Part shown: positions 26,842-36,246 of the stretch, piece after piece
How the letters are laid out: each line of letters starts with the position of its first letter
Position numbering within the stretch: the first letter of the stretch is position 1
Origin: Deltaproteobacteria bacterium
GTDB taxonomy: Bacteria; Desulfobacterota; Binatia; UBA9968; JAJDTQ01
Reading direction: 5' to 3'
Assembly: GCA_026712905.1 (NCBI GenBank)
Contig: JAPOPM010000098.1
Span: 10,234-74,233, forward strand
DNA length: 64,000 bases
Made by a program: the position numbers and the translations under genes
The notes under the pieces: generated by a model
Seen by the model: only the letters and a program-made list of their open reading frames with translations
What the model was told of the DNA's origin: nothing
Database searches by the model: none

Positions 26842-27999
26842 TCATTGCTGGACCCCGTGGGGGTCGAGCGCGTCTCGAAGTCCATCGCCGATGTAGTTGA
26901 ACGCCATCACCGTGACGAATATCAGGACGCCGGGGATCAGCACCCACGGGTGGAAACGGATCTGCGCGATGTCCATGGCCAGGGCCAGCATGTTGCCCCA
27001 GGACGCCTCAGGGTCCTGGATGCCCAGGCCGATGAGGCTCAGGCCGGATTCCCCGAGGATGTAACCCGGGATGGACATGGTGGCGGCGACGATGGCGTAG
27101 GAGAACGTGTTGGGGAGCACGTGGCGGACGATGATGCGCGCGTGGGGCAAGCCCATGGCCCGTGCGCTGGTGACGTAGTCCATTTCCTTGATGGACAACA
27201 CGAGGCCGCGGATGATGCGCGCAAGGCTGGCCCAACCGATGAAGCTCAGGATGACGACGATGGCCATGTAGGTCTGGAACGACGTCCAGTCCGCGGGAAT
27301 CGCCGCGCGCAGGGCCAGCAGCAGATAAAAGCCCGGCACCATCATCAGCATCTCGCACAGCCGCTGAATCAGCATGTCCGTGCGGCCGCCGAAATAACCG
27401 GAGGCGCCGCCGATGAGCATTCCCAGGACGAACGTGATGGTCACCCCCACCAGTCCCACCGACAGTGAGATGCGGCCGCCGTGCAGCAGGCGGGAAAGGA
27501 CGTCACGGCCGAAATTGTCGGAGCCGAGCAGGAACAGCATGGGGCGGTTGGGGTCGGTGTGGGAAATGTCCTCCACGCCGCGCAGACCGAACAGGTGGAT
27601 TCGCGTTTCGATCAGTCCCAGGAAACGGTAGGGGTCCCCGGTGACGAAAATCCCGATGGGGTAGGCGGTGCCCGGCACCTCGCGATAGACCTTGCGCTGG
27701 TTCTCGTCGAACTCGAACGTGCTGTTGCGCACGTACGGCCACGTCAGTCCGTTCTCGTCGAAGATATGGACCCAGGTAATCATGGGCGGATGGTAGGCTT
27801 TCTTGCGAGCGCTGGCGGCATAGTGATGGGGCGAGAGGAAATCCGCGAAGATGGCGCTGCCGTAGAGAAGCACGAGGATCCAGAATCCCAGCATGGCCAG
27901 GCGGTTGTGCCGCAGGCGTGACAGGGCGCGGCGGACCGGAGAGCGGGAACCGGGTACGCCGCGCGGTTCGCGGCTCGTGTTGTCGGGTTCGGGCGGCAT
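26842..27999 (-). CDS. Peptide/nickel ABC transporter permease (OppC/DppC-like)
   Basis: LLGSDNFGRDVLSRL..GGRISL, EAA-like loop DYVTSARAMG, SLIGLG..P..SWG; start MPPEPD. Confidence 0.93.
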   Translation of the reverse strand: MPPEPDNTSREPRGVPGSRSPVRRALSRLRHNRLAMLGFWILVLLYGSAIFADFLSPHHYAASARKKAYHPPMITWVHIFDENGLTWPYVRNSTFEFDENQRKVYREVPGTAYPIGIFVTGDPYRFLGLIETRIHLFGLRGVEDISHTDPNRPMLFLLGSDNFGRDVLSRLLHGGRISLSVGLVGVTITFVLGMLIGGASGYFGGRTDMLIQRLCEMLMMVPGFYLLLALRAAIPADWTSFQTYMAIVVILSFIGWASLARIIRGLVLSIKEMDYVTSARAMGLPHARIIVRHVLPNTFSYAIVAATMSIPGYILGESGLSLIGLGIQDPEASWGNMLALAMDIAQIRFHPWVLIPGVLIFVTVMAFNYIGDGLRDALDPHGVQQ

Positions 28000-28004
28000 G
28001 GACG

Positions 28005-29873
28005 CTATCGGTAGCTGATGCGGGGGTCGACCCATGCCAGCAGGATGTCGGCGAGAAGGTTGCCGATGATCAGCAGCAATCCTCCCGCAAGCGAGCTGGC
28101 CATGACCACGTAGATGTCGTAGGAGCGCACGGCGGTCAGCATCAACTGCCCGATCCCCGGGTAGCCGAAAACGATCTCCACCAGGGCCGAGCCGCCGATG
28201 AGGGTGGGCAGCAGGGAGCCGAAGCCCGCCACGAACGGGGTCACGGCGTTTCTCAGGATGTGCTTGTAGTTCACCATGGTGTTGGACAGGCCCTTGGCTC
28301 GTGCCGTGACCACGAACTGCATGTGGCTCTTGTCGAGGAACTCCGCCCGCAGCACCCGCACCAGCGCCGCCATGGCGCCGGTTCCCAGAACGAGCACCGG
28401 CAGAACCAAGTGACGCGCCAGGTCCGTCATTCGGCCCCACGTGCCGAGGTCGTGATAGTTCGCGGAGGTGAGCCCGCCGATGGGAAGAAGTTCGTAGAAC
28501 GGATTGGCCGGGTCGAGATCATAGGTCAAGGATGCGCCGTAGAGCAGCAACAGCGCCAGGAAGAACGAAGGGACGGCCATGCCCATGTAGGCCATGAAGC
28601 CGAAGGCCTTGTCGCTCCAGGAGTAGGGATGGGTGGCGGAGTAGATGCCGATGGGCAGCGACAGCAGCCAGGTGAAGAGAATGGCCAGCACGTTCAACAG
28701 CATGGTGTTCTTGAGGAACGGCCACATGGTGGTCCAGACGGGCTGGCGGTTGGCGATGGACTTGCCGAAGTCCGGCGCGCCGACATGGAAACCGCTGCCG
28801 GCCTTCTCGAGGCGGATCTCGTCTACGAAGAGCGAACCGGCGACGTCGCCCTGGAACGAGATCGGCCCCATGCGCGTGGTTTCCAGACCCGCCGCGTGAA
28901 GTTCCGTGAAGTCCACCGAGAGTGACGTGGTGACGCCGGGGGGCAGGCGCACGTCCGTCGCGTAGGTGTTGGCGTCCAGGTCCCGGAACGTCACGGTCGC
29001 CGTCATGGGCGGCGCCGGTGCCGCGATGATCCTGAAGCCCAAGCCGTCACAGCGGCTCAGGTCCCCGAGCCCCACCGGCAGGGTGTTGCGGATCAGCGCC
29101 AGGCGGCGCATCGGGTCCAGCGCATGGCCCATTGCGGCCAACGCCGTGTCTCCCGCCCGGCAGGAGACCTCCAGCATCGCGGGCCGGCCGCCGCGCTGCC
29201 GCGCGAACAGGAACAGTCCCTTGAGCTTGCTCCGGTCCACGCCGAAACGGGCGTAATCGGCGTCGGTCAGCGTGATGGACGCGGGCTCGTCCGCATCGAT
29301 GGAGCGGCGCTCCTGAAAGGCCTTCCCGTTGCCGTCCTGGATGCGCAGGAAAACGTCCGCGCCGCCCACCCGGTCGTTGCGGAGTTCCATCTCGACGGAC
29401 TGGAAGTCATCGCCGGACCAGTGATTGCCGGGCCGTTGACTGGCCGCGTTGGGGTTGTCCGTCTTTCCCAGCACGCCGATCTCTCCGGGCGCGTCGAAGT
29501 TGAAGCCGAGGCCGAAGGTGCCGTCTTCGGACAGCGGGACCAGGATGGGCGTGGCGTTGCCCGAAATTTCGTAGGCCCTCCGGTTGGCGGGGAGGTCGGC
29601 GTATTCGAAGTCGGCGATGCGCACGCGTTCGCTCGCGAAACGAATGTCGAACAACACGCCGCGCAGCCAACGCAGGTACTGAGTGCCCCAGCCCTTGTCC
29701 GCGCCGAACTCGCGTTTCCACTGGCGCAGTTGCCGCTGGTCGAGGTCGGGTTGGAGGGCCCACTGGTGGAAGTAATCCCCGGGAGCGATCTGGATGATCA
29801 TGAAGATCACGAAGGTCAGGGCGAACAGTGACGGAATCGTGATCAGCAGCCGCCGTGCGATGTATGCGGTCAT
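28005..29873 (-). CDS. Peptide/nickel ABC transporter permease (OppB/DppB-like) with a ~290 aa extracytoplasmic insertion
   Basis: Normal N-terminus (YIARRLL..PGD..QYLRWL) and C-terminus (DFGKS, TARAKGLS, VEIVFGYPGIG, DPRI); 622 aa versus the ~320 aa typical. Confidence 0.92.
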   Translation of the reverse strand: MTAYIARRLLITIPSLFALTFVIFMIIQIAPGDYFHQWALQPDLDQRQLRQWKREFGADKGWGTQYLRWLRGVLFDIRFASERVRIADFEYADLPANRRAYEISGNATPILVPLSEDGTFGLGFNFDAPGEIGVLGKTDNPNAASQRPGNHWSGDDFQSVEMELRNDRVGGADVFLRIQDGNGKAFQERRSIDADEPASITLTDADYARFGVDRSKLKGLFLFARQRGGRPAMLEVSCRAGDTALAAMGHALDPMRRLALIRNTLPVGLGDLSRCDGLGFRIIAAPAPPMTATVTFRDLDANTYATDVRLPPGVTTSLSVDFTELHAAGLETTRMGPISFQGDVAGSLFVDEIRLEKAGSGFHVGAPDFGKSIANRQPVWTTMWPFLKNTMLLNVLAILFTWLLSLPIGIYSATHPYSWSDKAFGFMAYMGMAVPSFFLALLLLYGASLTYDLDPANPFYELLPIGGLTSANYHDLGTWGRMTDLARHLVLPVLVLGTGAMAALVRVLRAEFLDKSHMQFVVTARAKGLSNTMVNYKHILRNAVTPFVAGFGSLLPTLIGGSALVEIVFGYPGIGQLMLTAVRSYDIYVVMASSLAGGLLLIIGNLLADILLAWVDPRISYR

Positions 29874-29928
29874 GTTGGGATCGCCGGGTTCTCCGTGACG
29901 CTGTCCCGAACCGGAGGCGGGACACCCG

Positions 29929-31740
29929 TCATTGCAGGTGAAGTCTGCGTGGGTCGAACAGGTCGAAGAGGGTCGGCGTCACATTGCCGAAGCGGTTCCG
30001 GAGTGCCGTGATGCGCTCGGCGAGCGCCGTATAGACCACGGGGACGTGATCGGAAGCGATCTGCTGGAACTCCCTGTAGAGCGCGACCCGCTTGTGATGC
30101 TCCAGCTCGCGGCTGCCCTGGACGAAGAGTTCGTCGATCTGTTTCTCCCATTCCGTGGCCGGTTCTTCCTGGTTCGGGAACCACAGGTGCAGCCGTTCGC
30201 TGGAATGCCAGAAGTTGATGCCGTGGTGAGGCTCCACGCCCCCCGTGAAGCCGATGACGATGGCTTCCCAATCGTAGGTGCTGGTGAGCTGGGACACCAG
30301 CTTGTTGAATTCCAGGAACCTGAGATTGACCCGTATGCCGATTCTCTCCAGGTCCTGCTTCATGAGCGTGCATACCCGTTCCCGCACGGTGTTTCCGGAG
30401 TTGGTGGCGAGGTTGAAGACAAGGCTGTTGCCTTCGGCGTCTTCGCGGATGCCGTCGCCGTCCACGTCGAACCAACCCAGGCCGTCGAGCAGCGCATTGG
30501 CCGTGGGGATGTCGTACGGGTAGCGGGTCACGCTGGGATTGTGGAAGTCGCCGGCCGCGGGGCTCACCGCCGCCCACTGCGGATAGCCGAGTCCGTTCAT
30601 GACGTTGTCGATGATACTGTCCTTGTCGATGCTGTGTGCCAACGCCTTGCGGAAGGCCAGCGTCCGGAACCACTTGAGCTTGACGGGATCGACGAATGGA
30701 GCGTCGTTGTTGGGATTCTTGCCGGCGTTCATGTTCAGGGCCAGAAAGGTCGTGCCGAAGTTCGGTCCGCGCTTGTACAGGGTGAAGTTCTTCGCCGCTT
30801 CCTGGGGTTTCAGGATCGGGAAATGCTCGCCGGCTACCTCCAGGAAGTCGGTTTCACCGGCCTGAAACTTCAACAGCGCGGTGGCCAGGTTGGGCACCAC
30901 CAGGTAAACGATGCGGTCCAGGTACGGCAAGGCGTTTCCCGCCGCGTCCCGCTGCCGGTACCGTGGGTTCCTCTTGAGGACGATGCGCTCCCCGGCGTCG
31001 TAGCGCTCGATGACGAAGGGTCCGGTGCCGACGATGTCGCCCGGCTCCGTGCCGACGTCCCATGTGGACGTGAACGTTCCGTCGTCCACGTGCTTCGCCA
31101 GGATGTGTCGGGGATAGATGGACGTAGCCATGGCCCGCAGGAAGGGCGCGAACGGCGCCGGCAGGGTGAAGCGCACCGTGTGCGCGTCGACCTTCTCGAC
31201 CTTGGCCTGGCTTTTTCTCCACGCCTGCGTGGTGTCATCGCGGTAGCGGATGGTGAGGCCCGGCCGAGCCGACGCGGGGATGGCGTCGTTGTAGATGATC
31301 CTGGAGAACGTGAAGACCACGTCGTCCGCGGAAAAGGGGTTCCCGTCGGCCCATTGCACGTCCCTGCGCAGGAAAAAGGTCCACACGAGCCCGTCTTCCG
31401 ATGATTCCCAGCGTTCGGCCAGGGCCGGCTCCACCTCGGCGGTGAGCCAGGAGGTCTCGACGAGTCCCTCGAACAGGTATTCGAGGATCTGGGTCGAGGA
31501 CGTCTCGGTCGAGATGGCGAGATTGAACGTCTTCGGCCCGGAGATCGTCGACAGGGTCAAGGTCCCACCAGGTTTGCCTGAGGAGTACTCGAACCGGGCG
31601 GCGTTCTCCTTGAGTTGCGCGATCAGGTCAGCGTCCCGCGGGGCGTTGTTCTGGGCCGCCGCGTTACCGGCGGGGAAGAGAAGGGTGCAGAGAACCCAGA
31701 GAATGGCGGCGATCGTTGCGCGAAGACCCGTATGTTTCAA
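29929..31740 (-). CDS. ABC transporter substrate-binding protein (SBP family 5)
   Basis: Signal peptide; GPKTFN, EPALAERWE.SEDGL.WTF.LR..V.W.DG.PFSADDV.F, GTGPF. Confidence 0.95.
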   Translation of the reverse strand: MKHTGLRATIAAILWVLCTLLFPAGNAAAQNNAPRDADLIAQLKENAARFEYSSGKPGGTLTLSTISGPKTFNLAISTETSSTQILEYLFEGLVETSWLTAEVEPALAERWESSEDGLVWTFFLRRDVQWADGNPFSADDVVFTFSRIIYNDAIPASARPGLTIRYRDDTTQAWRKSQAKVEKVDAHTVRFTLPAPFAPFLRAMATSIYPRHILAKHVDDGTFTSTWDVGTEPGDIVGTGPFVIERYDAGERIVLKRNPRYRQRDAAGNALPYLDRIVYLVVPNLATALLKFQAGETDFLEVAGEHFPILKPQEAAKNFTLYKRGPNFGTTFLALNMNAGKNPNNDAPFVDPVKLKWFRTLAFRKALAHSIDKDSIIDNVMNGLGYPQWAAVSPAAGDFHNPSVTRYPYDIPTANALLDGLGWFDVDGDGIREDAEGNSLVFNLATNSGNTVRERVCTLMKQDLERIGIRVNLRFLEFNKLVSQLTSTYDWEAIVIGFTGGVEPHHGINFWHSSERLHLWFPNQEEPATEWEKQIDELFVQGSRELEHHKRVALYREFQQIASDHVPVVYTALAERITALRNRFGNVTPTLFDLFDPRRLHLQ

Positions 31741-31768
31741 GATCCTTGTCCTTTCAGGTCATGAACCC

Positions 31769-31820
31769 GTGGTGTCGGATGAACCCTCGCGTATTATAAT
31801 GCGAAATCACCCGACACCGC
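31769..31820. promoter_or_regulatory. Long imperfect palindrome centred on ATTATAAT in the divergent oppA/OCD intergenic region
   Basis: GGTGTCGG..TGA..TCGC..ATTATAAT.GCGA..TCA.CCGACACC; TATAAT is readable on both strands. Confidence 0.45.
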
Positions 31821-32051
31821 ACTAGCCGGAATGTCCTTTGTTCTCGATGCCGGGAATGTTCGGTTCGTAATGAGTCTTGACGCATTCATGCCGATCCGGC
31901 GGGTGTTGCATGGCCGGCGCAGGTTGACGGTTCGTCGCCGGCCGGTCTACGTTGAGCACGATGGCGCGCGGCCGTCGCAAGGGGGCGCGGACCGCGCAAT
32001 GGAAGAACCGAATCGAGGGACGGCAACCGGCTGTCCCTGGGGAACCGCATC

Positions 32052-33131
32052 ATGCCGGACGACGACGTAAGGGTCCTGACCAACGACGACATGGAGGGTC
32101 TCCTCGAAATGGGGGAGATCGTCGAGGCCGTGGAAACGGCCTACGTCGAGCTGGGCCGGAAGATCGCGGAGGGGATGCCGCGGCGCCGGCTGCACATGCC
32201 GCTGGAGGGGCTGGAACGAACCTGGTACTGGCTGAACGTCATTCCCGGCGCCGTGCCTGCGTTCGATACGGCGGCGGTGCGTCTGGACTCGTCGCAGATC
32301 CGCTTCCGCAACGTCGGCGGCGGCAGCCGCATGGAGTTCCCCGGTGATTTCTCGGGCTTCGTCCTGCTCTTCAGCATCAAGGAGCGCGCGCTCAAGGGCA
32401 TCGTCCACGACCACTACCTGTCGGCGCTGCGCGTGGGCGCCACCACGGGCGTGGCGGCGAAGTACCTGGCGCGGCCCGATGCGTCCGTGCTGGGCATCTT
32501 CGGCAGCGGCACCCAGGCCCATGGGCAGGTGTCGGCGCTGTGCGCCGTGCGGGACATCCAGGAGGTCAAGGTGTTCTCCCTCCGCGAAGAGAACCGCAAA
32601 CGCTTCGCCAAGGAAGTGACCGAGCGCTACGGCGTGAAGGCGCGGGCGGTGCGGCGAGCGGAGGACGTGGTGCACGACTCGGACATCGTGGTCACGGCCA
32701 CCAACTCCGGCGATCCGGTGTTCGACGGTGACTTGCTGGAGCCGGGCACCCATCTGGTGTCCATGATCGGCCCGGACTGGTTCGACAAGCGCCGGGAGCT
32801 GGACGACGCGGCCATCGAGAACTGCGACCTCATCGTGGTGAACTCCAAGGAGCAGGTGGAGATCGACGAGCAGCCGGAGCTGATGTCGCCCATCCGCAAG
32901 GGCATCATCGGCTGGGAGCAGATCCACGAGCTGGGCGACCTCGTCATCGGCACCATCGCCGGCCGGACCACAGCCTCCGAGATCACCCATCACAACAACA
33001 ACTGCGGCATGGGCGTTCAGTTCGCCGCCATCGGCCACCTGGTGCTGGAAGAGGCGAAGAAGCGCAACCTCGGCACGCGGCTGCCGGCGGACCTGTTCAT
33101 GACCCGGCGCACCGACGTGTCCTCTCCCTGA
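32052..33131 (+). CDS. Ornithine cyclodeaminase/mu-crystallin family protein
   Basis: SALRVGATTGVAAKYLA, GIFGSGTQA, SDIVVTATN; paralog of 12013-13101. Confidence 0.9.
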   Translation: MPDDDVRVLTNDDMEGLLEMGEIVEAVETAYVELGRKIAEGMPRRRLHMPLEGLERTWYWLNVIPGAVPAFDTAAVRLDSSQIRFRNVGGGSRMEFPGDFSGFVLLFSIKERALKGIVHDHYLSALRVGATTGVAAKYLARPDASVLGIFGSGTQAHGQVSALCAVRDIQEVKVFSLREENRKRFAKEVTERYGVKARAVRRAEDVVHDSDIVVTATNSGDPVFDGDLLEPGTHLVSMIGPDWFDKRRELDDAAIENCDLIVVNSKEQVEIDEQPELMSPIRKGIIGWEQIHELGDLVIGTIAGRTTASEITHHNNNCGMGVQFAAIGHLVLEEAKKRNLGTRLPADLFMTRRTDVSSP

Positions 33132-33164
33132 ACCCTGAAGGCAATTGAAACCGGAGACTGTTTC

Positions 33165-33797
33165 ATGGCGACGACTCTCGGCATCGATCCCCAACACCTC
33201 AAGGGACGGCACGTGGACCGCGCCGTCGAGGTCCTCAAGCGCGACGGCGTCATCGTCTATCCCACGGACACGATCTACGGCCTGGGCTGCGACGTCACCA
33301 GCAAGGCTGCGGTCGAGCGCATCCGCCGCATCAAGGGCCGCGACGCCGACAAGCCGATGTCGTTCGTGTGCTCCGACCTGGTGCAGGTGAGCCGCTACGG
33401 CCACGTGTCCAACTTCGTGCACCGGATTCTGAAGCGGTTCCTCCCGGGGCCCTATACCTTCGTGCTCACCGCCACCAAGGAGACCCCCAAGGTGCTCCAG
33501 TCCAAGCAGAAGACCGTGGGCATCCGCATCCCCGACCACCCCGTACCCCTGGCGCTGGTGGAACAGCTCGGCAACCCCGTGGTGAGCACCAGCGCCAACG
33601 AGAGCAACGAGGAGGTGGTGACGAATCCCGCCGACCTGGAGGCCATCTTCGGGCATCGGGTGGATCTCATCATGGAATGCGGCACTCTTCCGGTGCTGGC
33701 GTCCAGCGTGATCTCGCTGGTGGATGACCGCATCGCCATCCTGCGTGAAGGGCAGGGGGACCTGAGCTACTTCAAGAACGAGTTGGCCGCCGGTTGA
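33165..33797 (+). CDS. Sua5/YciO/YrdC family (L-threonylcarbamoyladenylate synthase-like)
   Basis: YPTDTIYGLGC, KGR...KP, PGPYTF, VGIRIP, STSAN motifs. Confidence 0.93.
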   Translation: MATTLGIDPQHLKGRHVDRAVEVLKRDGVIVYPTDTIYGLGCDVTSKAAVERIRRIKGRDADKPMSFVCSDLVQVSRYGHVSNFVHRILKRFLPGPYTFVLTATKETPKVLQSKQKTVGIRIPDHPVPLALVEQLGNPVVSTSANESNEEVVTNPADLEAIFGHRVDLIMECGTLPVLASSVISLVDDRIAILREGQGDLSYFKNELAAG

Positions 33798-33847
33798 GCA
33801 CCGCGGCGCGCCGTGTTCCCCGGACACTCTTGTTTCCGGCCATCGCA

Positions 33848-33877
33848 TTGACAGGCAAAAGAGGCTTGTGTTAGGCA
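33848..33877 (+). promoter_or_regulatory. Candidate sigma70 promoter for the tctC-like gene
   Basis: Perfect TTGACA at 33848-33853; only a weak -10 (TAGGCA). Confidence 0.3.
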
Positions 33878-33974
33878 TCCGCCCCAATGCCGCCTGATCC
33901 CTACCGGACGAAATCCGGAGTGGACCCCGGCGGCAGCGGACACGAAGGCAACGCATTACCCAAGGAGGACACTC

Positions 33975-34958
33975 ATGTTGCGTAAACTGATCGGATGGGC
34001 TCTGCTGTCGGCTGTTTTGTGGATTGCCGCGCCGGCGGACGTGGTGCTGGCGCAGGACAAGTACCCGAACAAGACCATCACCTGGTTGATCCCGTATGGT
34101 CCGGGCGGCGGTTTCGATCTTCACAGCCGCGCCATGGTCCCGGGCCTGAGGAAGGCCCTGGGCGTCAACATCATCATCCGCAACCAGCCGGGCGCGGGCG
34201 GCAACATCGCCTGGAACCTCACCTGGGCATCCAAGCCCGACGGCTACACCATCTCCACGGTCAACATCCCCGGAGCCATCGTCTCCGAATTGTTCAACGA
34301 GCCGAAGCCGCACTACAGCCTGAAGAAGTTCTCCTGGATCGGCCAGATCTCGGCAGGACCTTACGTCTTCGCCGTGGGCGCCAAGACCCCGTTCCACAAA
34401 CCGGAGGACCTGCGCAACGCCAAGGAGGTGCTGGTGACCGGCACGGGAGTCGGCGGGACGGCATGGGTGACGGAGGTGCTCACCGCCGCGGTCATGAAAT
34501 TCAACCACCGTTTCGTCCTGGGCTACCCCAGCGCGCCCGCGTCCAACATGGGGATCGTGCGCGGCGAGGGCGACGGCCGTGCGCTGGGCCTGGATTCTCC
34601 GGGTCAGATGCGCTTCGTCCGCGAAGGCGACATGAGGGCCTTGTGGGTGTACCTGGACGAGCGTTCTCCGGAATTCCCCAACGTGCCCACCGTGGGCGAG
34701 CTGGGGCACCCGGAACTCACGGTGCTGGCATCGCACCGGGTGGTCACGGCGCCTCCGAACATGCCCAAGGACCGGCTGGAAATCCTCCAGAACGCGTTCA
34801 ACGCGGCCACCAAGGACCCCGACGTCCTGGCACGATTCGCCCAGATGAAGGCCAAGATCGAGCCGGTGGTAGGCCAGGATTGGGTGGATATGCTCAACGG
34901 CTTCTACGGCCTGATCCAGGACAACGCCGAGATCGTCAAGAAGTCATTGAAGAACTAG
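33975..34958 (+). CDS. Tripartite tricarboxylate transporter substrate-binding protein (TctC/Bug)
   Basis: YPNKTITWLIPYGPGGGFD, NQPGAGG, PDGYTI, PNVPTV.ELG. Confidence 0.93.
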   Translation: MLRKLIGWALLSAVLWIAAPADVVLAQDKYPNKTITWLIPYGPGGGFDLHSRAMVPGLRKALGVNIIIRNQPGAGGNIAWNLTWASKPDGYTISTVNIPGAIVSELFNEPKPHYSLKKFSWIGQISAGPYVFAVGAKTPFHKPEDLRNAKEVLVTGTGVGGTAWVTEVLTAAVMKFNHRFVLGYPSAPASNMGIVRGEGDGRALGLDSPGQMRFVREGDMRALWVYLDERSPEFPNVPTVGELGHPELTVLASHRVVTAPPNMPKDRLEILQNAFNAATKDPDVLARFAQMKAKIEPVVGQDWVDMLNGFYGLIQDNAEIVKKSLKN

Positions 34959-35001
34959 CGCGCTGCCGCGCGCCCGCGCCAGACGGGAAAGGGAAAGTCG
35001 C

Positions 35002-35352
35002 ATGCAGACTTTGAGACTCTACACCGGAGACGACGGCGAATCCCATTTCGAGGACATCGACCTGAAGTTCGAGCCGGACCGGCAGATGGAAAGCGTCGTC
35101 CTGGGCGCGGCCAAGAGCGTCAACGTCCGCCGGGTTCCGCCGGGCGTGCTGCTCGACTGGCACCCGGCCCCCCGGCGGCAGTACCTGTTCACTCTCTCGG
35201 GAGCGTGGGACATCGAGTGCGGCGGGGGAGAGGTGCGGCGTTTCCAGGCCGGCGATATCATGCTTGCGGACGACCTCACCGGCCGCGGCCATCGGAGCCG
35301 CGTTGTCGGCGATGAGCCGCACGTGTTCGCGGTGGTGCCGTTGGCCGACTGA
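35002..35352 (+). CDS. Cupin-like protein
   Basis: LYTGDDGESHFED, WHPAPRRQY...G..EI, LADDLTGRGH. Confidence 0.85.
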   Translation: MQTLRLYTGDDGESHFEDIDLKFEPDRQMESVVLGAAKSVNVRRVPPGVLLDWHPAPRRQYLFTLSGAWDIECGGGEVRRFQAGDIMLADDLTGRGHRSRVVGDEPHVFAVVPLAD

Positions 35353-35375
35353 GAGTAAGCGGAGAAGTTCTCGCA

Positions 35376-35426
35376 GCGTCCTTCGACTTCGGTTCACGGG
35401 TTGGAACGAACGAAGTCGAAGGGCGC
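35376..35426. terminator. Inverted repeat between convergent genes (bidirectional terminator or REP-like element)
   Basis: GCGTCCTTCGACTTCG ... CGAAGTCGAAGGGCGC, 12-bp perfect core. Confidence 0.5.
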
Positions 35427-35459
35427 CGACTCTTGCGCCGAGCAAGAGAAGGGGATTCC

Positions 35460-36239
35460 TTACGCGCTGGCGGCGGACGCGCCGCCGTCCACCACCAGGG
35501 TCGTGCCGGTGACGAATGACGATTCGTCGGAGGCCAGGAACAGGATCGTGCTGGCCACCTCCCGCGGCTCACCCCAGCGCTTCATGAGCGTGTGCTGCGC
35601 GCCCGTTCGGCGCAACTCCTCCTCGCTGATCCCGCGTGCCTCGGCGCGCGCGATGTGAAAAGGTGTGATGGTTGGGCCGGGACAGACGGTGTTCACGCGA
35701 ATGCCGTGTCCCACCTCCTCGATGGCCAGGGTGCGGCCGAGGCTCACCACCGCGGCCTTGGTGACGTCGTACTGTCCCATTCCCGCGCGCCCGGTCACCC
35801 CGAATACCGAAGAGACGTTGACGATGCTGCCGCCGCTCCGGGCGCGCAGCAGGGGCACGGCCGTCTTGCAGCAGTGGACCGTGGCCATGAGGTTGACCGC
35901 CAGGATGGAATCCCAAGAGTCCTCCTCGGCGTCGGCCAAGGGCCCGTATACCCGGATGCCGGCGACGTTCACGAGAACGTCCAGGCCGCTGAAGTGCGCG
36001 CTCGCGGCGGCCATCGTCCTGCGCGCCTCGGCCTCGTCGCTCAGGTCGGCCGCCAGAGGAAGGACGTCCGCCGAAGGCACCCGCTCGCGGATCTCCGCGG
36101 CCTTGGCCTCGGCGGCGGCGCCGTCGCGGTCGACGACGGTCAATCCGGCGCCTTCCTCGGCGAACAGCATGGCGGTGGCGCCGCCGATGCCCCCGCCGCC
36201 GCCGGTGATGAACGCGACCTTGTCCTGGAGACGGCCCAC
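35460..36239 (-). CDS. SDR family oxidoreductase
   Basis: TGGGGGIG, VNVAG, SIVNVSS, YDVTK (YxxxK), RVNTVCPG. Confidence 0.93.
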   Translation of the reverse strand: MGRLQDKVAFITGGGGGIGGATAMLFAEEGAGLTVVDRDGAAAEAKAAEIRERVPSADVLPLAADLSDEAEARRTMAAASAHFSGLDVLVNVAGIRVYGPLADAEEDSWDSILAVNLMATVHCCKTAVPLLRARSGGSIVNVSSVFGVTGRAGMGQYDVTKAAVVSLGRTLAIEEVGHGIRVNTVCPGPTITPFHIARAEARGISEEELRRTGAQHTLMKRWGEPREVASTILFLASDESSFVTGTTLVVDGGASAASA

Positions 36240-36246
36240 GCGCCGC

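Noticed and set aside
33880-33960. Possible riboswitch in the tctC leader (CCGGA-CGAAA-TCCGG hairpin)
   Set aside because: A single small hairpin with no match to riboswitch consensus sequences I can recognise; needs an Infernal/Rfam scan.
31947-34736. 929-aa minus-strand ORF
   Set aside because: Spans three well-supported plus-strand genes in antisense; GC-codon artefact.
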